A program made the position numbers and the translations under genes. Under the pieces are notes generated by a model. The model saw only the letters and a list, made by a program, of their open reading frames with translations, was not told the DNA's origin and ran no database searches. Source: Alphaproteobacteria bacterium (GTDB taxonomy: Bacteria > Pseudomonadota > Alphaproteobacteria > RF32 > CAG-239). Taken from it: a stretch of 64,000 bases of DNA. The stretch lies in the NCBI GenBank assembly GCA_015062585.1, contig SUUJ01000008.1, forward strand, positions 2,837-66,836. The letters are read 5' to 3'. Positions 49,306-57,684 of the stretch are shown here, piece after piece; the stretch's first letter is position 1, and each line of letters opens with the position of its first letter.

Positions 49306-51306
49306 TCAGTCGTTTGTCTTTTGAAGAACCGCATTAATAGCAGCACCTAATACCTTTTTATCCTCAGCAGAGCGCTTAGGCTTCGTCACTCCTTTTTCCG
49401 GCGAAACATTATCCTTTGCAATTTCGCGCAAAACTTCTGTTTTTTCTGCTTGTCCGTTGTTGGTATCGCCGGCATGCAATTTGCCTTTAACCTTAGCTAA
49501 ATACTTTGCTGTGGCCACTTTTGTTTCGTGATATGTTACAACTTGCGCCGCCGAAATTTTACGATCCGCCGGAACTTGTTGCCATAATGTATAATCCGGA
49601 TCACCATATGAAGTTAAACTCTTAATACCTTGTTTTTCAGGAATCGTATCATCATACACTTTACCTGCCAAACAGATATTTTCTTCTGTGAATGCCTCCT
49701 TAGAATATATCGGACATCCGTTTGATAGTTTTGACTTAAAATCGCTTATCAGTACTGATGTTTCTTCATTATTTCGATGCGATATTTCTGCGTTCTCACA
49801 TGCTTTTAACAAAATTTTTCTTTGTTTTTCCGGTTCTCCGCCGGTATAAATTGCATAGTCTTGCTCTTTCAATTTCTTTAATAATGAAATATTCAAGTTT
49901 CCATTGTCTAGCAAAAGAGTCCCGTCGATATCAACCATAGTTGTATCAACATACAGCATATTCGGATTTTGAATGTATTCTTTCCTTGTTTCATTAAGGT
50001 CTTTTTCTTTTTCACCATTCATATAACCAAGATATTTTCGACATAGAGAAACATGCGGATGTTTTTCCAATACCTTTCTAAAATCTTTTGCGGCCTCAGG
50101 GTACCACTGTACTGATTGCCAATACCCTGCAAAACAGCGGCTATCATTATTAAATTCTTGTCCTTCTTCACATAAGCGTGCTATTTTATCTAAAACGATA
50201 TTGCCTTTTACACGGTTGTCTTTATCTTCCATAAAACCATGCTCATAACAATGACATAACGTATGGACACAATGATCAATATCACCATGTTTACCATAGT
50301 CTAAAAATTCTATTGCCTTATATACATCTTCAACCGACATATCTTCCGGACGATGTTCAAATAGTTTTTGATAATATTCACTATATGCCCTTTTTGCATC
50401 ATAAACAGGAACTTGCGTGTTTCCATATTTAGTTTCAATCGTTATATTCCCATTTGCATCGGGATGTTCAACTTTTCTTTCAACTTCATCATGAAACAAA
50501 CCTCTTTCAACCATTGGTAATATGTCAGATTCTTGTATTTTTGCGCCCAGTTCGACCAATTTATCAACAGCGGCTTCAGTTGAAACTTTTTCAACAAGAT
50601 ATTGGGTATTATCACTCTGTAAACAATAAGCTTTTTCAAACCAATAGTCGTTGTGCAATAAATGAGGTATTTCATTATAATCTAGAGAAAATTTACCGGA
50701 TTTGATAGAGATGTTGACCTCATCAGACGCAGGTTTTATATCAAGGATAGGCATAATCATATCAATTTGCTTGCTGTCATTGCTATGCAAAAACAAGGCG
50801 TAAGCCGCTATTCTTGATTTTTCATCCTCCATATCAATGTAAGGCAGCAACATTTCAGTTGATGCCGCATCTTTAGCCCTAACAAAAGATTTTAAAATAG
50901 CATCTTTCACGGTTGGGTATTCTTTATCCAATTTCGGTAATATTTCTGCAATTTCCGAACTGTTTTTGGCATTAATTAAATCATTGATATTTTGCTTATT
51001 TTCTAAAATTTTTTTAATTGCACGACCGGAACAAGTATCAGGATTAATATTTTCAGTCAAAAATGCTTTTGCCTTATTACTGTCAGTATTACTAAATACA
51101 TTATCTAGAGCTTTTTCAATAGCAAAGATAAATTGATTTTCGTCTTTTTCAAAAACATCAGAAAATTGATTTATTTTTTCCAAGTATTCAGATAAACCAT
51201 TAGGAAATTCATCTTGGCTACGTTTTAATAGTCGTTTTAGTATAAAAACATTAGTTATATGATTAAGTAATTGTGTCTTTCTGTCTTGTTCCATATCATC
51301 AGCCAT
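49306..51306 (-). CDS. large hypothetical protein with a HAD-like DxDGT motif near the C-terminus
   Basis: 666-aa ORF with SD GAGGAG; VDIDGTLL, YTGG and YDD motifs; charged C-terminal tail. Confidence 0.7.
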   Translation of the reverse strand: MADDMEQDRKTQLLNHITNVFILKRLLKRSQDEFPNGLSEYLEKINQFSDVFEKDENQFIFAIEKALDNVFSNTDSNKAKAFLTENINPDTCSGRAIKKILENKQNINDLINAKNSSEIAEILPKLDKEYPTVKDAILKSFVRAKDAASTEMLLPYIDMEDEKSRIAAYALFLHSNDSKQIDMIMPILDIKPASDEVNISIKSGKFSLDYNEIPHLLHNDYWFEKAYCLQSDNTQYLVEKVSTEAAVDKLVELGAKIQESDILPMVERGLFHDEVERKVEHPDANGNITIETKYGNTQVPVYDAKRAYSEYYQKLFEHRPEDMSVEDVYKAIEFLDYGKHGDIDHCVHTLCHCYEHGFMEDKDNRVKGNIVLDKIARLCEEGQEFNNDSRCFAGYWQSVQWYPEAAKDFRKVLEKHPHVSLCRKYLGYMNGEKEKDLNETRKEYIQNPNMLYVDTTMVDIDGTLLLDNGNLNISLLKKLKEQDYAIYTGGEPEKQRKILLKACENAEISHRNNEETSVLISDFKSKLSNGCPIYSKEAFTEENICLAGKVYDDTIPEKQGIKSLTSYGDPDYTLWQQVPADRKISAAQVVTYHETKVATAKYLAKVKGKLHAGDTNNGQAEKTEVLREIAKDNVSPEKGVTKPKRSAEDKKVLGAAINAVLQKTND

Positions 51307-51436
51307 TTTTGTCTCCTCATTTGATATTTTGTTTTACACTAAAACAAAATTTTTAAAATATAATTTAATATTACTATAAAAATAGATTTCTATCAAGTTT
51401 TTTTTGGATTTGTAATACCTGTGTGGCACTGAGTAA

Positions 51437-51728
51437 AAAGTCCGATAGTTTATGAAAAATTGTCGTTCCAAAAATTTATAAAATCGGACCTTATGAAAGG
51501 AGTGGTTTTCATAACAAAAAAACCTCCCCATGGGGCGAGGCAATAAAAAGCCAAAAGTAATTGGCTTTTTATAACGCAGGTTACACTATTGTTAGCTTGT
51601 GAGCGAATGAAATGACGCAAAACAAGCGTTACAATAGAGGTGACCGAAGCGAGTTAGAGAGCGATAGCGAACTTACGAGCAAGAGCTTTTTTAATGGTGC
51701 GCGATAGTTTGCAAGTATCGGAATAACC
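51437..51728. repeat. cassette-junction module B
   Basis: TCCGAT(51441)-N36-ATCGGA, hairpin ttatgaaa..tttcataa, terminator interrupted by a 151-bp element, and TGGTGC(51695)-N16-ATCGGA. Confidence 0.8.
51535..51685. repeat. 151-bp palindromic MITE/REP-like element (copy 1)
   Basis: Identical by eye to 52642-52792; splits the cctccc/gggagg terminator. Confidence 0.7.
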
Positions 51729-51766
51729 GTACGCAAGAATATACAGCATCGGAAAATAAGTTGACG

Positions 51767-52525
51767 TTATTTCTTAATCAAATCAAAAATAATTGAGTAA
51801 CTTTTCTCAATATCAACATCATTCGGATATGCCAAAAGCTTGCTTTGATATAAAATATTGCTCTGAGAATAGTTATACAAATTTTCTAAATTCACGCTTA
51901 AATCTTCTTCTATTTTAAGCATTTGAGCTATAAGTTGGTTAATAAAGCTTTGCCCTAATATGCGATTAATCTTAAAATCTATATCACTCAAATAATTTAG
52001 CATTTTTTCATACTCTATCACGGATAAATGGAACGGATCTAAGCTTTTTCCATTTTCATCAATCATCTCATTTTGCGAGTTCGGAAAAGATAAAATCAGT
52101 CTTCCGCCGTGGGGTAAGATATTATAAAATTTCTCGATAACCGCAAAAGGATTGGGAGTATGTTCTATTGTTTCAAAACTGATAATAGTTGATATACCAT
52201 AATCAGATAAATCTATGTTATTATTTAAATCTGTTTTTATGAATTGTAAATTTTTGCGTTTATAACTTTTGTTTGCTTCTTCTAAGTATTTATCGTTAAT
52301 ATCCGCACCGACAACAAATTTTGCTTTTTGCGCAAGTAAATCGCTTCCATAACCTGTTGCACAAGCAATGTCTGCGACAATATCTTTCTTTGAGATATTA
52401 TCAAGCGCATAAAGATACCGTCCGCAATGTTCAAGTTTCATAAAGAAATTTTGCGGTTTTTTATCAAAAGGATTGCAGAATTCATTATTTGTATAATTTT
52501 CTATCATATTGGCAACATAATCCAA
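51767..52525 (-). CDS. class I SAM-dependent methyltransferase
   Basis: EH..RY.YA, DIACATGYG, ISFETIEH and L..GG.LILS.PN motifs; start may be ATG 52507. Confidence 0.9.
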   Translation of the reverse strand: MDYVANMIENYTNNEFCNPFDKKPQNFFMKLEHCGRYLYALDNISKKDIVADIACATGYGSDLLAQKAKFVVGADINDKYLEEANKSYKRKNLQFIKTDLNNNIDLSDYGISTIISFETIEHTPNPFAVIEKFYNILPHGGRLILSFPNSQNEMIDENGKSLDPFHLSVIEYEKMLNYLSDIDFKINRILGQSFINQLIAQMLKIEEDLSVNLENLYNYSQSNILYQSKLLAYPNDVDIEKSYSIIFDLIKK

Positions 52526-52543
52526 AAATTTTAAAAAATATTA

Positions 52544-52819
52544 AAAGTCCGATAATTGATGAAAAATGGCTGTTTTGAAATTCATAAAATCGGACCTTAT
52601 GAAAGGAGTGGTTCTCATAACAAAAAAACCTCCCAAAAGGGGCGAGGCAATAAAAAGCCAAAAGTAATTGGCTTTTTATAACGCAGGTTACACTATTGTT
52701 AGCTTGTGAGCGAATGAAATGACGCAAAACAAGCGTTACAATAGAGGTGACCGAAGCGAGTTAGAGAGCGATAGCGAACTTACGAGCAAGAGCTTTTTAA
52801 TGGTGCCGCTAGTAAGAAT
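52544..52819. repeat. cassette-junction module C (joins the tRNA-linked repeats)
   Basis: TCCGAT(52548)-N35-ATCGGA, the same hairpin and 151-bp element as B, then the exact 19-bp tRNA 3' end. Confidence 0.8.
52642..52792. repeat. 151-bp palindromic MITE/REP-like element (copy 2)
   Basis: Identical by eye to 51535-51685. Confidence 0.7.
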
Positions 52820-53144
52820 GGGTACTCCCGCTCATTCATTCGCGGGTCCTCCTCGCGTCGTAAGGCTCGCGCTTCATTTTATTTGCGCTTGCCAACTATC
52901 CGCTCCGGACAAGTCCGCTTCTAACTATCCTCAAACCATTAAAAAAAAACCTCCCCAAAGGGAGGCTTTTTTAATGGTGCCGCTAGTAAGAATGGGTACT
53001 CCCGCTCATTTATTCGCGGGTCCTCCTCGCGTCGTAAGGCTCGCGCTTCATTTTATTCGCGCTTGCCAACTATCCGCTCCGGACAAGTCCGCTTCTAACT
53101 ATTCTCAAACCATTAAAAAACCTCCCAAAAGGGAGGCTTTTTAA
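52801..53144 (-). repeat. two tandem tRNA-linked repeats (174 and 170 bp)
   Basis: Units start at 52801 and 52975. Each contains tggtgccgctagtaagaat (last 19 nt of the tRNA) plus a terminator hairpin. Confidence 0.9.
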
Positions 53145-53219
53145 TGGTGCCGCTAGTAAGAATCGGACTTACGACCCCACCCTTACCAAGGGTGTGCTCT
53201 ACCACTGAGCTATAGCGGC
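53145..53219 (-). tRNA. tRNA-Thr(GGT)
   Basis: GCCGCTATAGCTCAGTGGTAGAGCACACCCTTGGTAAGGGTGGGGTCGTAAGTCCGATTCTTACTAGCGGCACCA; 75-nt cloverleaf with encoded CCA. Confidence 0.95.
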
Positions 53220-53241
53220 AAAATAATATTTTTTCTTTTTT

Positions 53242-53415
53242 GTAGAGCACACACCTTAAAGGGTGTGCCTTAGGCATCTAAGCTCGCTTCGTTTGATTGC
53301 CATCTGCACTCGCTCACTAAGATGTTCCAAAGAGCTTGCAGACAAAATTGATATGCCATATCAATTTTACTTAGCGCTACCACTGAGCTATAGCGGCAAA
53401 ATAATATTTTTTCTT
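53242..53415 (-). pseudogene. interrupted 5' partial copy of tRNA-Thr
   Basis: 39-bp direct repeat 53377-53415 = 53199-53237, then a ~110-nt insertion, then GCACACCCTT-TAAGGTG with the anticodon GG missing. Confidence 0.65.
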
Positions 53416-53444
53416 GGCAAAATAAATATCATCTTGCGAAACAC

Positions 53445-53473
53445 AACATACAAAACCATTTTATAAAAATCAA
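53445..53473 (-). promoter_or_regulatory. putative sigma70 promoter for the tRNA locus
   Basis: TTGATT-N17-TATGTT. Confidence 0.5.
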
Positions 53474-53557
53474 GGGATTTTTTAAGGATTTTAATTTTTT
53501 TTTTGTAAATATAGTATATAACCATAACTATACTAATAATACCAAAAGGAATACATA

Positions 53558-53704
53558 ATGCCAAAAGCTTCTGAAAATAAGCAAAAACCTCGTTATGAAG
53601 AACGATTCGAGCGCGAGGCTAAAGCTTTGCAAAAAAATTTGGAAAAACGCAAAATCCAACAAAAAAAGCGCGAGGCATTAAAACAGGAGAAAAACAATGG
53701 ATAA
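53558..53704 (+). CDS. small basic protein (48 aa) upstream of murA, not in ORF track
   Basis: [48 protein letters not shown] with AAGGA SD. Resembles the AL..NL..RK peptide preceding murA in alphaproteobacteria. Confidence 0.7.
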   Translation: MPKASENKQKPRYEERFEREAKALQKNLEKRKIQQKKREALKQEKNNG

Positions 53705-54995
53705 GATTAAAATTCGCGGTGGTAAAGCCTTGGAAGGTAAAATATTCATCAGCGGTGCCAAAAATGCCGCTTTGCCTTTAATTTGTGCCTCGTTGCTTAC
53801 TGATGAAACCGTTACCTTGACCAATGTCCCGATGCTTTCGGATATTAAGGCAATGAACGATTTATTAACCCAACACGGCACCAAAATAAATGAATTTGAT
53901 GATTTTGTTGATGGCCACTCCACCAAAACTTATTCTTATCGCACTAAAGAAATTGAAAGCCTTATCGCACCATATGATTATGTCAGAAAAATGCGTGCTT
54001 CTTACTATGTGCTAGGACCTTTGTTGGCTCGCTACGGTAAATGTGAGCTTTCACTTCCCGGCGGTTGTGCAATCGGGGCTCGCCCAATGGATATACACTT
54101 ATCTTCTTTAGAAAAAATGGGTGCTAAAATCGAAATCAAAAACGGCTATATTCATGCTAATGTTGACGGACGCCTAAAAGGAGCTCATATCATATTCCCC
54201 GGCGTTTCGGTCGGTGCAACATGTAATGTTTTAATGGCAGCCGTTTTGGCCGAAGGTCGCACAGTTCTTGAAAACTCGGCTAAAGAACCTGAAATTGGCG
54301 ATTTGGCAAGATTATTAAATGCAATGGGTGCCAAAATTTCGGGTATCGGAACTGCTGTTTTGACCATTGACGGCGTAGAAAAGCTTCACGGTGCCGTTCA
54401 TAAAGTTATTGCCGATAGAATTGAAGCCGGTTCCTATGCTGTCGCCGCCGCTATCACTCGCGGTCGTATTGAATTGATAAATGCTCAAATCGAAACCTTG
54501 CGCCGTCCGATTCAAGTTTTGCGTGATATGGGAGTAAATGTCGAAGAAACTGAAACCGGTATAATTGTTGATGCCAAAGGTTGCGAACTGGTCGGTAAAG
54601 ATATTATGACCGAACCTTTCCCCGGATTTCCTACCGATCTTCAAGCTCAATTTTTGGCTTTGATGATGACCGCTAAAGGTGCATCCATGATTACCGAAAC
54701 CATTTTTGAAAATCGCTTTATGCACGTTCCCGAACTTCTGCGTATGGGTGCCAACATTAATGTTCATGGTCATGCTTCTGCTATTGTTCGTTGCGTGGAC
54801 AAACTTTCCGGAGCACCGGTTATGGCGACCGACCTCAGAGCTTCGTTTGCTTTGATTTTGGCTGGACTTATTGCCGAAGGCGAAACAACGGTAAATCGCG
54901 TATATCACTTAGATCGTGGCTATGAAAAGTTGGAAGAAAAGCTTCGTTCGGTCGGTGCCGATATCGTTCGCGTAAAAGAAGATGATGAAGAATAG
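53697..54995 (+). CDS. murA: UDP-N-acetylglucosamine 1-carboxyvinyltransferase
   Basis: [24 protein letters not shown] (catalytic Cys), FPTDLQAQ and HLDRGYE motifs. Confidence 0.98.
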   Translation: MDKIKIRGGKALEGKIFISGAKNAALPLICASLLTDETVTLTNVPMLSDIKAMNDLLTQHGTKINEFDDFVDGHSTKTYSYRTKEIESLIAPYDYVRKMRASYYVLGPLLARYGKCELSLPGGCAIGARPMDIHLSSLEKMGAKIEIKNGYIHANVDGRLKGAHIIFPGVSVGATCNVLMAAVLAEGRTVLENSAKEPEIGDLARLLNAMGAKISGIGTAVLTIDGVEKLHGAVHKVIADRIEAGSYAVAAAITRGRIELINAQIETLRRPIQVLRDMGVNVEETETGIIVDAKGCELVGKDIMTEPFPGFPTDLQAQFLALMMTAKGASMITETIFENRFMHVPELLRMGANINVHGHASAIVRCVDKLSGAPVMATDLRASFALILAGLIAEGETTVNRVYHLDRGYEKLEEKLRSVGADIVRVKEDDEE

Positions 54996-55004
54996 GGGCG
55001 TATT

Positions 55005-55388
55005 ATGAAAAAAATACTTATTGCGGCGCTTTTGCTTTTGGGGGCTTGTTCGCAGGATAATACTATGACCTTAAAAACAGGTTCGTACAAATTAAAAAAC
55101 TCAATGCATAATGTTCCCACTATTTTGACACTTTCCAAAGATGGAAAACTGAATGCTAAGGTTGTTAATGTGATTATGGGCGAATATACAACCTCACAAG
55201 ACAATATCACCATAACACCGGGCGGTACAACCATGATGATGGGACCTCAAGAGGAAATGGAAGCCGAACAAAACTTTATTCAGGCATTACCATTGATTCG
55301 AAAATACAAAATGCAGGAAAGTAATTTGGTGTTGATTTTGGAAAATGGCGGCGAGCTGATATTTGAACCATATACCGAGCCAAAATAA
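55005..55388 (+). CDS. META domain lipoprotein
   Basis: Lipobox LGAC; VN...G.Y, TMMMGP...MEAEQ.F...L pattern. Confidence 0.8.
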   Translation: MKKILIAALLLLGACSQDNTMTLKTGSYKLKNSMHNVPTILTLSKDGKLNAKVVNVIMGEYTTSQDNITITPGGTTMMMGPQEEMEAEQNFIQALPLIRKYKMQESNLVLILENGGELIFEPYTEPK

Positions 55389-55427
55389 TAAAAAAGCGAA
55401 GTTCTTAAAAACTTCGCTTTTTATTAT

Positions 55428-56933
55428 CTATTTTCTCACTTCTTTACCATAGAGCAACCAGTCATAGATTTTTGATTTTTTCCTTACTTCTATGTCCATT
55501 TCTTCAACGGTAAACATTCCTTCGGTCAAAGTCGGTATTTCCGAGAATAACGAAGTTCCCAGACCTAATCTGTGTCCTTCAATTTTGGCTCCTAAGCTTT
55601 CGACAATCGTCGGATAAATGTCAAAAGGCGTAAATACTCGATTTTTAGTAAAGTTCGCCGCAACAGGTGTATTTATAAAAATATTTATCGGACGACGCTC
55701 CATATCTTTGGTAAAACGCTGATTCATTGTTAAGTGGTCGCCCAAAACTACTACAACCGTATCTTTATAAAAATCTTGAGCCTTTATCCAAGTAATAAAT
55801 TCATTTATCTGTTTGTCCGAGCACGAAACTACATTTTCAATATTGTTGTCAGGGCCAAACTTTCTTTCGCAAACATCGTCGGCAAAACGATATGTTCCGT
55901 AATGTGTATCAAGTGTCATCAAAGTAAATACAAACGGCTTATTTTCTTTTTTCAGTTCATTTAAGGCCTCTTTAGCATAAGCAAAAACTTGAGTATCCGG
56001 CAATTTTGTTGTTTTTTCCAAAGACAATTTTATACCGTCGCGTTTTGCATAAAAGTTTGTATCCAAGAGTTTTTGCTTGCCATGAGTTTCAACAAACTTG
56101 TCCATACCGGCAAATTCACCGTTTGAACCGATAAGCGAAACCAAGTTATAGCCTTGTTTTTCCATTATATCATATAAGCACCAAGCCTCCGGAAAAAAGC
56201 CTTCTTTGGGATGAAACCAGTTTGGATCGTTAATCGGAAGCTGTATCGGAGCACCGCAAGTTTGTGCAAATAATCCGGCTTGTGTCCATTGTGTGCCGTC
56301 AATTTCATATGCACCACCCATATATTCATTGTCGCTGAACGATATATTTTCATTGGCTAATTTTTGCATATTCGGAATCAAATCAGCGCCGAAATAGTTG
56401 TGCCTTGGGGTTTTGGCATAAGTAGCCTCAAACGATTCGGCAAACAGTATAATTAAATTAGGTTTCTTCGTCGGGAAATTGATTTTAACATGCTGTGGAA
56501 TTACATAGTGTTTTTCATAAAAATTGGATGTTTCACTTTTATATTTGTGATATGTAATCATATTCCAAACATTCATTTTAAAGAATACAAAAACTATGCA
56601 AAAAGCCAACCATACATAGCTCAAAAGGTTGCGCTTTTGATAAACAAACTCGCGAAATTTATCAATAAGCTTAATATGAAATTTATATTTATAACAAAAC
56701 AGCAATGTCAAAGCCAAAACAATAATCGCACCGGTCATCACGGTATTTTTAGCATAGCTTAACATCATTCTTGTTTCAGAGGCAAACGGCATATTTAAGT
56801 GGAACATAATCTGTTCATAAGTAACTTCGCCAAATTTTCGAACAATCCAGTTTGCTGAAGAAAACATCATAAAACCAACAAAAACAATAAATAATGCTAA
56901 CATAAATCTCTCTCCAAAAGTATAATTTATCAA
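55428..56933 (-). CDS. LTA synthase / phosphoglycerol transferase (OpgB-like) sulfatase family protein
   Basis: N-terminal TMs, then NLIILFAESFE, WT.AG, TLDTH, LGDH and FDIYPT. Confidence 0.85.
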   Translation of the reverse strand: MINYTFGERFMLALFIVFVGFMMFSSANWIVRKFGEVTYEQIMFHLNMPFASETRMMLSYAKNTVMTGAIIVLALTLLFCYKYKFHIKLIDKFREFVYQKRNLLSYVWLAFCIVFVFFKMNVWNMITYHKYKSETSNFYEKHYVIPQHVKINFPTKKPNLIILFAESFEATYAKTPRHNYFGADLIPNMQKLANENISFSDNEYMGGAYEIDGTQWTQAGLFAQTCGAPIQLPINDPNWFHPKEGFFPEAWCLYDIMEKQGYNLVSLIGSNGEFAGMDKFVETHGKQKLLDTNFYAKRDGIKLSLEKTTKLPDTQVFAYAKEALNELKKENKPFVFTLMTLDTHYGTYRFADDVCERKFGPDNNIENVVSCSDKQINEFITWIKAQDFYKDTVVVVLGDHLTMNQRFTKDMERRPINIFINTPVAANFTKNRVFTPFDIYPTIVESLGAKIEGHRLGLGTSLFSEIPTLTEGMFTVEEMDIEVRKKSKIYDWLLYGKEVRK

Positions 56934-56970
56934 AGAAATAGCACACTAAATTTGACTTAGCAAGTCAAAT

Positions 56971-57663
56971 TTATACGAGCAAGTGGTGTTTAGCAAAAGA
57001 GTAATAATCCGACGGGGTTATGATAAGGTGTTCGTGCAAAACGATACCGAGAGCGTCACAAGCTGATTTTACTCGTTTTGTTGCTTCAATATCATTGCTC
57101 GAAGGTTTTGGGTCGCCGGATGGGTGATTATGCACCATTATCACACCCGAAGCATTTTTCTTCAAGGCATTGGTTACAATATCTCTCGGGTTAATATTTA
57201 CCGAAGATACCGAACCTTTTTGCAAAACTTCCGTTTCAATAACTTTTAGCTTGGTATCTACATAAATAACTCGCAAAACTTCAACTTCGCTATAACCCAT
57301 GGCGCAACGACAAAATTCTATCAACGCGTCGGTTGATGATATAAACGGTGTATCATCGCAAGCCAAATTTTGCCAAGACAATTTTTGTGAAGCAAATTCG
57401 ATAAATTTTATTAAAGTAGCCGAGTTTTCTTTGATACCATCAATTTCTAACAGCCTTTGATAATCTGCCGTTATGATTCCGGCAAATGATCCGAACTCTT
57501 TAATCAAATTTTTGGCCAAAGGTTTTACATCGCGCCTGGGAATTGCATAGGTTAATAACAATTCTATGGCTTCATAATCCGCCATATCCGAACCTTTTGC
57601 TCGCAAAAATCTTTCTTTTAATCTTTGCCGATGTCCGATATACAACGCTTCTTCTTTCGCCAT
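56971..57663 (-). CDS. radC: RadC family JAB-domain protein
   Basis: GHRQRLKERF, IPRRDVKPLAK and HNHPSGD..PS.ND motifs. Confidence 0.95.
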   Translation of the reverse strand: MAKEEALYIGHRQRLKERFLRAKGSDMADYEAIELLLTYAIPRRDVKPLAKNLIKEFGSFAGIITADYQRLLEIDGIKENSATLIKFIEFASQKLSWQNLACDDTPFISSTDALIEFCRCAMGYSEVEVLRVIYVDTKLKVIETEVLQKGSVSSVNINPRDIVTNALKKNASGVIMVHNHPSGDPKPSSNDIEATKRVKSACDALGIVLHEHLIITPSDYYSFAKHHLLV

Positions 57664-57684
57664 TACAATAGTCCCTAAGAAAAA

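Noticed and set aside
49100-52819. Classical integron attC sites
   Set aside because: No RYYYAAC/GTTRRRY core pairs at cassette ends and no intI in the window; the similarity is only architectural.
52719-53144. 141-aa ORF with an internal repeat (also ORFs 51334..51543, 52485..52727 and 53263..53466)
   Set aside because: These are translations of non-coding tRNA-linked repeats and junction modules; no SD or protein-like features.
51437-53415. CRISPR array
   Set aside because: Repeat units are 150-290 bp with conserved interiors, there are no unique 30-40 bp spacers, and no cas genes are present.
56971-57663. RadC as a marker of a mobile element
   Set aside because: It is a full-length chromosomal-type RadC in the usual sfsA-map-radC context.
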